64,000 bases of DNA, taken from Octopus vulgaris. Its lineage: Eukaryota. The stretch is taken from contig OX597826.1 of the NCBI GenBank assembly GCA_951406725.2, forward strand, positions 52,824,001-52,888,000, in the 5' to 3' direction. The position numbers and the translations under genes were made by a program. The notes under the pieces are model-generated. The model was not told where the DNA came from. It ran no database searches and saw only the letters and a list, made by a program, of their open reading frames with translations. Each line of letters starts with the position of its first letter. Within the stretch, counting starts at the first letter, position 1. Shown here one piece after another: positions 38,189 through 50,862 of this stretch.

Positions 38189-38711
38189 ATATATATATAT
38201 ATATATATATACATACACACACACATATATATATTTATGAAAATACATAAATACTTAAAAAATATACACATAGGACAGACACAGGACCCTAGTTCTTCAT
38301 CAGTTATTAACCGAAATACTAATACACAGTTTCATGCCTTTAACGATAAGATTGAGAACTCCGATTATCGGCGGCACCTGCAAAATTTGCAGAGAGTAAG
38401 GGCTCGAGGAAACAACGCACTACTGAGTGGACGTACGAAGGTAAACAAATGTAATTTGAAACGATTGACGAAGAGGGAATAGATACGGCCTTTCGGACAA
38501 ACACCTGAATGATGGGTAATACCTGGAAGAAATCCTGAATGGATATAGAAAGAGAAATAGCAAGAGAGGAGATAAATGCTGACCCGCAAGCTAAGTGTCC
38601 GGTGGCGAAAAGCAGAGAGATGAGAAGATTAGTCACGAGTCGCGTGTGAAATCTGAATGTGGACGAGCTTTATTCTGTACTCTACTACGTTCTTAAAAGA
38701 ATATAAACTAA

Positions 38712-38740
<29 letters not shown>

Positions 38741-38743
<3 letters not shown>

Positions 38744-38930
38744 CAGAGATGATGAAGCCAACTCAAATCGCAGATGGGTATTTTGAAAGAGGAGAACACG
38801 AAATCATTTGACTTGTACGTTTCAGGGTTGCGTAATATGTAACAGGTAATCTGGTTATACGTACTCCATTACGTAAACTTTGAGTAAGATTTACGGTAAA
38901 AATACGACACGATTCCAATACAGACTGCTA
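38741..38930 (+). repeat. 190-bp unit bounded by TAGCAG...CTGCTA; identical inverted copy at 39585-39774
   Basis: Base-by-base reverse complement; this copy lies inside a (TA)n tract. Confidence 0.92.
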
Positions 38931-39375
38931 TATATATATATATATATATATATGCATCCATAGGCGCATATGGATATGTGGTTAGAAACTTGCCACTTGG
39001 TTCCGGGTTCAGTCCCACTGAGTAACACCATAGGCAAGTGTCTTCTATTATAGCCTCGAACCGACCAAAGCTTTGTGAGTGGATTTAGTTGATGGAGACG
39101 TTAATGTCTTTATGTCCCCGTAACTTAGTGGTTCAGCAAAATAGTAGAATAAGTACTAGGCTTACAAAGAATAAGTCCTGGTGTCCAATTCTTAGACTAA
39201 AAGCACTTTAAGGTGGTGCTCTAGTATGGTCGCAGTCAAATGACTGAAACAAATAAAAGAATTATATATATATATATATATATATATACATACATATATA
39301 TATATTTAAACATGGTCTTGAGATTTCTACTGCTCTTTCTAGCACAACGCTTTCCTATTTGGAAGCCTTTTATTG

Positions 39376-39421
<46 letters not shown>

Positions 39422-41612
39422 AACACACACTCACACACTTATATGTATGTATGTACGCATGTATGTGTGTATGTGTGTAAAACGCAAAGAAGTAATGTAC
39501 GGTACCAGAATTTTAGAAGCTAATCAAATATAACGCCCTGTTCCAAATCACTTTTAGATCATGTGCATAAGTGGAGTCAACACCTAGCAGTCTGTATTGG
39601 AATCGTGTCGTATTTTTACCGTAAATCTTACTCAAAGTTTACGTAATGGAGTACGTATAACCAGATTACCTGTTACATATTACGCAACCCTGAAACGTAC
39701 AAGTCAAATGATTTCGTGTTCTCCTCTTTCAAAATACCCATCTGCGATTTGAGTTGGCTTCATCATCTCTGCTACAAACACAGACACACACACACGCACG
39801 CAGGTATGATATATATAAAAAGTTATAATATATCTGTGTATGCTCGTGAGTAGTGCTAATTAATATATACTAATTAATATTCGTGACCTATTGACGCCAA
39901 TAGGGAAAATATTTTTCGTCCTGTTATTCACAAAAAGAAGAAAAGTCGTTTTCTTTATGCAACTACTACGAATCGCAGATTGGTATTTTGGGAGCCGTGT
40001 TCTCCTCTTTCAAGATGCTGATGTAACCAAGTTGATTGAGATGGGTTTTTTTAGACACTCGATCTGGAAAATCTGGAGAGTATCTGCGATTACCTTGATC
40101 GTGTAACGGGAATGGTCTCTACTAACTTCTTCACTCTGTCGCTTTCAATAAACCGGCCAGTTGCGAAAGATTACCAATCGAAATCATGCAAACTTTTTCT
40201 AGAACACAAGTTCTGCAACAACGTTCTCTTCAAACACAGCACATATCTTCCAGCACGCTTCCACTGCTTTTTTTTTTCTTTTTACTTTTTATAGAATTAA
40301 AATATCATAACATGTCGATAACTTTTGGTTTTGTCTTCCTATTCTCAGAGTGCTCTCTAGCAAACAAAACATAACCTGTCTCGTCGCTGGTTCGCGACGA
40401 ACTACGTTAGGTGTATCAGGTTTCTACTGATAATAGATGCGCAAAGGAAAAAAGAGAGCGCAAGAATACTTTGGCCAATCCAGTTAAATGTTTAGTATGG
40501 CCGTCATAAATGCAGAGAGCTAGCAGTGCCGTTGGTACGCCGAACATGGTTAGCAGCATTTAGTCTATCTTTGCGTTCTGAGCTCAAATTCCACTGAAGT
40601 CGATTTTGACTTCCGTTCCTTTGGAGTCAACGAATTAAGAACCAGTGAAGTACTGGAGTCGATGTAATCGACTCCCCACTTCTCTCAAAAATTGCTAGCT
40701 CTGTGCCAAAATATGTAACTATAATAATGTTCACAAGACGAACAAAGTTTTTTTTTAGACCATCACCTAATCACCCTTACCCGTATTGTTGTTTAACAAC
40801 AACAACAATTCACGGCAACGTGAAGCTCCGTAAGTTTTGAGAGACTTTCCAATCCTTTCGGCGAGTTATCGTCCTATTCTATTATTTATGATGTGATAAC
40901 TTTATTATTACCTTTGTTTGGGCTGCAATGATATTATTTTTGAACAGAAACACCCCCTTCGTTGATATTTATAAATTTTCTGTAAAATCTTTGAAACCAG
41001 TGTCGGAATACGACATAATGATAATAATAGCTGCCAGAGACCGTTCCAACGGTCTAGTTTTGAGTGTCAACATATCCATGACAACGGAACACGATGTGAA
41101 AGGCAGGCAAGTTGGAGTTGAAGCAAATTCATTGCATCTAACTAACGATGTTTTGTCTAGTCGCAATGAAAACGGCAAGTGCAAAAAAAAAAAAAACCAG
41201 CAGCCGTTCAAGAATTTGGACCTGGAGATCTCCATTTCCAGCGACTTCGAGGGCCACCTCCCAGTGGTGTCGGGCGTCAAAAAAGAGCCCTCGACTACAA
41301 CAAGACGAACAAAGATTTTTTTTCCAAGGTCTGGGGTCTCCCGCCCTTTAGCCCTAGACCATCACCTAATCACCCTTACCCGTATTGTTGTTTAACAAAA
41401 ACAACAGTAACAGCAACAATGACAACAAAAGGTACAGTAACGTCAATGTGTACAACAGCAGCACCACCAACAATAGCAAAACCAGTAGCAGCAGCAAAAG
41501 CAACATCAACAATAACACTAACAACGAGAACAACAACGACGACAACAATGGAACAAAAAACAACAGCATCAAGCACGAAGCAATCAGAAGAAAAATCAAA
41601 TTTTTTAGGAGC

Positions 41613-41990
41613 ACTCCGTCGGTTACGACGATGAGGGTCCCAGCTGACACGATCAACGGAACAGCTTGCTCGTGGAATTAACGTGCAAGTGGCTGAGCCC
41701 TCCACAGACACGTGTACCCTTAACCTAGTTCTCGAGGAGATTCAGCATGACACTGAGTGTGACAAGGCTGGCCCTTTGAAATACAGGTACAACAGAAACA
41801 GGAAGAAAGAGTGAGAGAAAGTTGTGGTGAACGAGTACAGCAGGGTTGACCACCACCCCCTGCAGGAGCCTCGTGAAGCTTTAGGTGTTTTCACTCAATA
41901 AACACTCACAATGCCCGGTCTGGGAATTGAAACCGCGATCCTACGACCGCGAGTTCGCTGCCCTAACCACGGGGCCATTACGCCTCCACT
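41613..41990 (-). mobile_element. tRNA-derived SINE, family 3
   Basis: Minus-strand head gtggaggcgtaatggcc..gtggttagggcagcgaactcgcggtcgtaggatcgcggtttcaattccc (A/B boxes) followed by a non-tRNA body. Confidence 0.75.
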
Positions 41991-43199
41991 AAAATCAAAT
42001 ACAGCAGTAATAACAGTGTGGAAAAGAATAACAACAGCAACAACTTTTCATTCATTTTAAGACCATGCATTCGTTATAAAATTTCAAAAGATCCCCCCTT
42101 CCCTTGTATAGAATTGATATTGTTAAATATCATAATGTCTCATCGACATAATGTCTCACAAATGGGAGGAAACAATACTAGCTCCAAAAGGAAAATGGAC
42201 GCAATGATAGAAAAATACGCTGGCAGAAAAATGCTTGGAAGATGTGTACGCATCGGTTCTACACTAATATAAAGCGTGACAATACAGGACAGTAACTACC
42301 ATATTTATCATTAAAATAGAAGTTCGAAGAATGGAGACAATAACGAGCACTTCTCAGACTTTTAAAATGACCCATAGAGATTTGGAAGGAGATTTTATGT
42401 TGCTGTAAAATCTCCCTTGGTTTTATTATCATATATATCATTGAATATTTGGCGTGTTCAGTCGTAGAAGTAACAAAAGAAACCAACTTTAAAATAAAAG
42501 TGGGATTTTATTCCATTGTAAAGTGGTACAGTGTACCAAAGCAAAAAATATTACAAATATTGTTGGTTATTGTCCATCCATTGTTTTGATAAGTCAGCTT
42601 AGGTCGTCTTTGGTTACATGGCCTTCTTTATATATTAACTATCCTCTAAAAACAGCAGGATCTGCATAATTCGCCTTGATGAAAAACTCTTACCCCTCTG
42701 ATTTTTTCTCACTAATTTATAGAAAAAAGTAAGCTCCAGAACACACACAGGATTAGTTGTTTGAAACATATTACGTACAGCGTAAATCCAAATCCAAATA
42801 TTACGCGCAACGTAAATCCAAATACGCACAACGTAAATCCAAATCCTGCGCAACACTCAACCAATCACAATACAAGACTCAACAAATGTCCAACAACTCA
42901 CATGATATATTTCTTTACTACCCACAAGGGGCTAAACACAGAGAGGACAAACAAGGACAGACAAAGGGATTAAGTCGATTACATCGACCCCAGTGCGCAA
43001 CTGGTACTTAATTTATCGACCCCGAAAGGATGAAAGGCAAAGTTGACCTCGGCGGAATTTGAACTCAGAACGTAAAGGCAGACGAAATACGGCCACGCAT
43101 TTCGCCCGGCGTGCTAACGTTTCTGCCAGCTCGCCGCCTTACATGATAGATATGTTAACCAATCACTACAGATTAAAGTGACGAACCTATATAAGTCAA

Positions 43200-45937
43200 C
43201 TTAAATGTTTTCAATAGGCAACAGTAGAAAGTGTTCAGGCTACAGGATTTTTAGCCATACAGGGGGAGCATGAGGAGAATGTAGAGGTGAAATCCTTCCC
43301 TTGCCTTTCGATTCTCATTGTTTGTGTCCTTTCTAAGCAGTTCCACTGCTCATCGACTCAAATACATGGGGATCTTTCCGTTTTGCTGCCAGTTGCGCTT
43401 GATTTCTGCCAAGGGGGCCCCAAAGAAATCTGAATGTAACAGTAAAGCTCATGGAACAGACCATCCAAGCCAGACAATTTACTTCCCACGCAACCAATCA
43501 TCGTTTCCCGAATTTCCACGGCTAGGATCGGCTTATCGCAACACTTTAGCAAAAGTTGCAGCAGGCCGTCGAGATAGACTGCTAAATCCATCCTACGCTG
43601 CGGCCTACTTTTTGTGAACGGTCGAGTGAAATGCTGCTGAATTTCCACATACATCTGATTGTGGCCGATTATGTGCCTGTTATGATCCCCAAAGTTCGAA
43701 ATGTGGATCTGCTGTTACGTTGTTCATATCCCACTCTGGATCATTGGGTGTTTTCTTTCCCTCTAGACTTAGAGCACTGCCTTAGCTCTGACAATCCAGC
43801 CCCCGCGATTCGCTGTGATGAATTGGTCTAGGCCGATCTCACCACGAGCATGTCGGTTGCGAAACCTTCCCAAAGCGCCTCTGCGTAGTTTCTAAGCCTC
43901 ATCCTAATATACTTTTCTCTTTCGTTACGACCTTAATTAATTGTTCTTTTCCTGTCTCTGTAAGTTTGGCGCATCACTTTCCAGTAGCCGGGACCTATGC
44001 AGTTTATCCATATATTTAGTGACGCATCCCAAAAATCCACTGATTACTTGTCAAACAGTTGGAAGCATCTTAGCAGATTTGTGAAGCTTTTGCACCCACG
44101 TCCACTAGGGGCTACTAGCTATCCACAGTCCCTGCGTGAGTCCAAGATATCGTTCCAATCATCCATCAATACTAGGAGTGAGACGTTCCAAGAAACCTTA
44201 AGTGATCTAGCTTCTTCACTCCTGTGAAGGCATAAACGGCTATTAGTCTGAAAGCTTGGCCTATGCTGCTGGTCACGTCTAACACCACCAATTTATCTTC
44301 TAGGCCCAAGAAAATGTTCCGCGTCCCGAGATCCATCCCTTCCCGAATCAGCATAGCTACTCCGCCGCAAATTCCCGGAAAACGTGGGATGTAAACAATT
44401 GATAACCGCGGAAGATGGGCACGATTACTCTTGCCTTGGAAATTCTAGTCTGGCTCATAGCTGCCACAACTATTTTTAGTGGCCTGTGATCCTTGAGTAA
44501 GTGGTCTTGCTTCCAAGGATACCTGCCTATTTTGAGTTTATGGTTGACAAGAAAGGATGAAAGTGAGAAAAACATTTACCATTATTCTGTGGAAGGACAG
44601 GTATTGCATCACTCTGGCTATTCGTGGGTCCACCAGCATACACTTCTTTATGCATTTCTTTTCTTTATAGTCTCTCGGGAATTTTATATTCCCCCAAGAA
44701 GCCTACGTTGTTTTATCATTTTTACATTAGTAGAGATGTTATGTGTGTGATTTATTTATTTTGATTAATGTCTGTGTATTGGCGAATATGTTTCATTAAG
44801 TCGTTGTTGCATGCGCCCCTGATTGTATCGCTGATGATGCTTTTGGCGTGTTGATCATGTTGGTCAACAATGATATGTGTTTTCGTTTATTGTGGTGCTT
44901 GTAATAATGTAATATTCTAGTGCGGAAGCTTGTAGTTGTTTTGGTGTTGGGGATGTGAATGTTTGATTGAGTGTTGCTTTCTGTGCTTGCTCCTCTAATC
45001 TTTTCGCATTTACTTTGGTGTAACACTTTCATTTTCTAATTGTTTCTTTTGCCTTTCACAAGTATCTTTACCAGAGAGACTTTTCAACTGCTTTCCTCGT
45101 AAGGCAGGTTTTCGTTGGCGGATACATCTGTAGTAGATGAGAATGTTTGCGCATTCGGGTATTTCTGCATTAGTAATCTGGTTGACTTGTATGAATGAGG
45201 TCTCTTTGAATTGTGAAGTATAGGCTTTGCATTTTTCTGTCGTGGCTTTGATGGTTTCTTTTCTATGCTGTATATTACGATCATCACTAGCAAGCAGATA
45301 TCTGCTCCCGGTGGCAACTCAGCCACCTTTACTTACACCACGCACTGATAGAGGTATGTTGAAATCGGCAGCAGTTTGTCACTCTTCAGTGTTGTGGTCA
45401 AATTTTCCTTCGCGGATTCTTCATTTCCGAACCCCACCTAACTGCGCCAATGCGTCTTCCGCTACCAACATAAAACTTTATTCCTCTGAGTAGTTTTACG
45501 TACTTTTCAATTTGGACCTGCGTTGCTCGCACAAGTTGCCTCGTTTTAAGTGCAACACGTTTATACATAATTTGTCCTTTATTTCTTCTTGTATATCTTC
45601 CGGAATATTAGGCATATTAGTCTGCTATTCTTCTTGAGACGCTAGCTTGCATTTCTAAATTGTTCACCGATTATAATTGTCTATAGTTTTCTACACACAT
45701 ATGTGAAATGTTTCTCCTTTGTTTGCGAGCTCCAGTATTTACTGCTTCCATTGTAATCATGCTTGTGCTGGAGGTTTGGGGTTAATGTTTATTTCATTGT
45801 TCTCATTGTCTGGCTTGTCACTGCTGTTGTTGCTTCTATCAGTTTTTGTGTCGCATTATGAAGTGTGCTGATAACGTTGCTTTTATGTTCTCTTTCATTT
45901 ATATTTTTGTTATTGTTGTCATTGCTGTTGCGAAATA

Positions 45938-45972
<35 letters not shown>

Positions 45973-46150
45973 TTGCCGCAATAGGTAGTGGCGAGAAACT
46001 ATTCTTATAATGGCTCTTCCAAGAATCATCTCCTCCCTCGATTTGGGAAGCCATATTTTTTTTTTTAATATGTACATGTGCAATTGAAAACTCCAGAACT
46101 CGCGTCGAAAGGGTTGAATATTTCACAAAGACGAATAGCCTCAGAGGATG
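43200..46150 (-). mobile_element. Degenerate L1/Tx1-like LINE: ORF1, APE endonuclease and start of RT; 3' part missing
   Basis: Minus-strand fragments: MASQIEGG...NSFSPL (~46054), VVLDV...FRLIAVYA, VLMDDWNDIL, GPGYWK and EIRETM...KLSGLDGLFHELY. Confidence 0.78.
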
Positions 46151-46272
46151 CTTGTTTCTTTATTAGCAGAATTGTACATGAAAAATACAAATAACTTTCT
46201 TTCAAACAATAAAATTCAGCAATAACTCACGAGCTTCGAAAATATGTCTTCTCCTTGAAACCACAACAATGC

Positions 46273-46359
46273 AAGAAGAGGAGAAAGAAGAAGAAGAAGA
46301 AGAAGAAGAAGAAGAAGAAGAAGAAGAAGAAGAAGAAGAAGAAGAAGAAGAAGAAGAAG

Positions 46360-46406
<47 letters not shown>

Positions 46407-46490
46407 CGACGACGACGACGACGACGACGACGACAACAACAACAACAACAACAACAACAAAATCGACGACGACAACAGCAACTACAACAA
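46273..46490 (+). repeat. Compound trinucleotide microsatellite (GAA)n(CAA)n(CGA)n(CAA)n
   Basis: Directly visible. Confidence 0.97.
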
Positions 46491-46709
46491 TGGTTTCAAA
46501 TTTTGGCTCAAAAACAGCAAATATGTGGGAGGGAGTTCACCTGGTACTTATTTTATCGAGCATGGAATGATGAAATCTAAAGTAGACCTCGGCGAAATTT
46601 GAACTCAGAATATGCAACAGACGAAATGTCGCTAAACTTTCAGCCCGGTGTGCTAGCACTTCTGCCAGCTCATCGCCTTAATAACAATAATAATAATAAT
46701 AATAATAGC

Positions 46710-46759
<50 letters not shown>

Positions 46760-46839
46760 TGATGATGATCTCTCGGCAGCTGAAGACTGAGAAACACAAA
46801 TACAACCCAGCAGGACAACTGAAAAATAACTATCAAAGT

Positions 46840-47335
46840 CTGGAATATCTACAATTTCCTGTGAATATTTTGAATTTCCCTAAAATAAGTTAAGAAACTT
46901 ACATACCTGCAGTTTTCGGAGACTTAGATGATCAACTTTAAAACCTTTAATATCTACAACTTCTGTGAATACCTATCCTTTCCTTTCTCCCTGAGTATTT
47001 GGAAATGTAAACATCCTCTTTATTCCAAGAACACTACAGTTTCCTCTGTTCGATCAGACAAAAGATCGTCTCCAGTAAATTTTAAAACTTTAATATCTAC
47101 AATTCTCTAAAAAATTTATCTTCCTTTTCTTCCTTTCCTTTCTCCTTGAGTCTTCAAAAATGTAAACATCCTTTTTATTGCAAAAACACTACAGTCTTCT
47201 CTGAACGGACATACAAACGAACATCTCAAAAACATTTAGAAACTTTAATATCCTCAATTTTGTGTGAACATTTTATCTTTCCTTTTTCCCTGACTACCCG
47301 AATGTGTAAACATTCCTTCTGTTGTAAAAACACAT
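46840..47335. repeat. Diverged ~150-bp tandem repeat, about 3 units
   Basis: aa.ctttaatatc.acaa...tgtaaacat.c..tt..t.caa.aacac recurs at ~46941, 47085 and 47240, with a partial unit at ~46843. Confidence 0.75.
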
Positions 47336-48270
47336 TTAAATGCAAGAAAAAAATTTTTAAGGAGGTAGGCACCTGCCAATATATACATACTGCACAACTA
47401 CAAAACTGTAAAGCACAGCAAAACCTTTAAAAAGGAAAAAAAAATTCCAAAAGAAAAAGAACTATAGAAATTCAAAAATTCAATGTTCTTTAATCTTTGC
47501 AATCTCCGCAAAGCTTCTATCCTCTCTCTCCCGTTTTCACATCTTACTCCACGAAGTATCTGACTGCTCTGACTGTTCCGAAGAGGACAGTTCTGAGCAG
47601 CTTTTATCTGAGTCGCTGATATCTTCAAACATTGTCACTTAGCTTACCCTCTATGAGGAGAGAAAGTACAAACAAACTCCCACAAGGCAGCACAACACTA
47701 CAACAACTAAACAGCAGTAAATTTTAACCACAATACAACTTTAGCTCACCAAATGTTCTAAGAAATTTCCTATAATTTCGATTTCTCAAGTTTATTGAAC
47801 TTTTTAACTCCTATTTCTCACAAATTTAAATATTCACTGCGTCTAATTCATTATAAATTTAAATATTCATTGCATTCACTGCAGAGTATTCCATTTTCAT
47901 TTGCAAAGTCTCCCACGTTCTCTTTAAGTTTTAATTCGCTAATAATGCATATGTAATGTAAAGACACTATTTATTGAATAAAAATTCTTTAAAATACACG
48001 CATAATTTCTGAACGCGAGATAGCTGTGAGAAGAACCTAGAAAGTTGGGTAATTACTATTAGAAGATGAGGAGGAAAAAACAAAAAGTTACCGACAACTA
48101 CTCGAGACTTGTACCTTATTCACAGTTTCCAAACACTTCAACAGTCGCACACACACACACACGCACAGACACACAAATACACACACGCGCGCACACAGAT
48201 ACACATGCACACAAATGAAAGGCAGTGAGTGCGTTTGTGTGTGCGAGCGTGTGTGGTGTGTGTGCGTGCG

Positions 48271-48316
<46 letters not shown>

Positions 48317-50624
48317 TCACAGACAAAACTTCGTGACGCATCACTTTGGTGAAGTTTTGTCAGTAAACAGGTCGCGGTTTCGAAGCGACGAAAATATTTT
48401 AACGCAAATGAAGTTTTAATGTTGAAGAGAAGTTAACGATATTTGCGTGTTCTTGAATGGTTTACAAACATCATCCACACTGCAATTGTTTTGTTTCAGT
48501 ATACGATCTCAGATCAAGTCACGTGCTATGCAAGTACATCTACGAAATTTTTTTTAATCACTGTGGAACAAACGCAATGACTTCGCAGGCTCTCCAATAT
48601 TTTAATTTCTAAACAGAAACAATCGGGGGCAGGGAAGGAGTTGCAAAAGATTCATAATTTCTCGAATTTTCTTTTTTATAGCATATACATGTTTTTATGG
48701 GGGGGGGATATTGAAAAGCATCAATACATGGACAGTGATAAAGAAACGAGGAGGGTTATCTTTGGATGTGCTAGAGACAACAGCCAAATCACCATTAAAG
48801 CGTTCTTCCCACTGAAAATATTAACAAATTTTACAAAGGTTTTTTTTACCGAGAATGCTCTTCCCATGGTTTTGAAGTGCAAGAAAAAAAAGCCAAAATA
48901 GGTCTGGAGTGGGGTGATGAGGGAGCGGGGTATAAATAAAAGGAGATTCAAAACTTTTTCATACAAAGATCCCTCCTCATTTCGAAAGCTGTGGTTTACA
49001 AAAAATAGGAGAAATCCCCGAAAAAATTTTCCCCACAAATTTCTTTATAATCGTAATCTATGCCTTTGAAAGATACCCATGTTACTGAAAGATATGAGGT
49101 AAAAAAGTAGAACGTATGAATTTTCTGACACTCCTCTCTCTCTACCCCACCCCCGCAAAAATTATTTCTCATAAATCCCTATATACTCTGAAGCCACAAC
49201 ATTTAAGCGGTATTTGTAGAGAATTTTGTTAAAAAGTATCCATTTTTCTGGATGTTATGAGGCAACAAAATCGGAGGCGTATACATCTGTAATACTGCCC
49301 TTTTATTTACACGATTTTTTCATTTCATGTTTATTTCATTCATTGTTTGCAATGTTCTCTCTCTCTCACACAAACACACACTCTGAAAAGCTTACAGATT
49401 GGCTGCTGAATTGAAATCTCCACGTTGCTTTAAGGGAGTAAAACTTGACAAACTGCTTCTCCCTCCGTTGTTGGACTACCGTGATGTTTGTTTAACAAAG
49501 AGCGATTAAGAAATAGTGAAAGCAATATTTACTAAGCAAGTGAGCACTATTATACAAAGAAATAAGTAGACGTAAAATACAAAAATTATCAGAAAAGGAG
49601 TGAAATATTCTTTTCTACTCTAGTCCAATGCCCGAAATTGGGGGGGGGGGAGGCAGTCGTTTAGATCGACCCCAGTACACAACTGGTACTTAATTTATCG
49701 ATCCCGAAAGGATGAAAGGCAAAGTCGACCTCTGCAAAATTTCAACTCAGAACGTAAAGACAGACGAAATACCGCAAAGCATTGCGCCCAGCATGCTAGC
49801 GTTTCTGCCATCACGCCGACTTAAGATGCGTAATATTGTTTGAAGGATGGAGACATACTGGCTATTCTTTTGTTTTCTTCGCATTTCTAGTCATTTAGTG
49901 TCTCAAGTGGAATTGCAATTTTGAAAGCTATTTTCCAGTCACAGTAATATAAAGATGATAAAATACACTTCAATAACATAAAAATGTAAACTGTGCGTAG
50001 TATTAAATAAAATTAAAAATGTCTGAATATTATCTGATGCCCATAGAAAGAAAAATTTGAAGATGAAATACCTTAGAAATGTTCGTATTAGAAACGTAAG
50101 AAACAAATGCATTGTTAGAAAAATGGAACCATTTATGGTATGCTTTTCTTCTTTTCTTCTTAGTCACTGTCTGTAAATTAATAGAAATGTATCGTTGGCA
50201 TTCTGAAATTAGATAAATAACACCAAAAAAACTGCTTTAATATTTTTTTTTTTTTTGTTACGAGTGAACCGGTGAACTAGCAGAAACGTTAGCACTCCGG
50301 GCAGCATTTCTACCGAGGTCGACTTTGCTTTATATCCTTTCGAGGTCGATTAAATAAGTAAAAGCTGTATACTAAGGTCTTGTAATCAACTTACCCCCTG
50401 CCCCGAAATTCGTCAGAAAGGAACAAAGAAATAAATAGGGAGAGAATATAGAAAAAGGTTTAGTGGCTAGCGATCTATCCAAAATTTGAAATTAATATTA
50501 CAATCAAATTTAGGAATCAGAGAAAATTTTTTTCTGCATTCGACAGAATCGTTCATAGAGTGAAGGAATAATCCGAAGATTCATCTATAATTCTTGCAGC
50601 TATATTTTTTTTTTGCGCCCTTTT

Positions 50625-50862
50625 AAAGCCTAGCCAGGCTCATGGGCCCGGTTTCCCGGTTTTAATGGCGCATGTTTCCCAGCTGGACAGGACGCCAGTC
50701 CATCACAGCGTTACTCATTTTTGCCAGCTGAGCGGGCTGAAGCAACGTGAAAAGGAAGTGTTTTTCTCAGAAACACAACGCGTCGCCCGGTCCAGGAAAC
50801 TAAACCACAGTCTTACGATCATGGTGCTGACACCCCTAACCACTAAGCCACGCGCCTCCACA
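50625..50862 (-). mobile_element. tRNA-derived SINE, family 4 (older copy ~52420-52640)
   Basis: Minus-strand head gtggaggcgcgtggcttagtggttaggg; body gatggactggcgtcctgtccag; tail gggcccatgagcctggctaggctt. Confidence 0.7.

Noticed and set aside
40928-41711. Overlapping 100-155 aa ORFs
   Set aside because: Largely degenerate (CAA/CAG)n plus SINE sequence; no recognisable domain
41915-41990. tRNA-like sequences at SINE heads
   Set aside because: No closed acceptor stem, and they continue into SINE bodies; not tRNA genes
42770-42855. Three copies of acgtaaatccaaat with short variable spacers (CRISPR-like look)
   Set aside because: Spacers are 7-15 nt and related to each other, the context is eukaryotic and there are no cas genes; a simple degenerate tandem repeat
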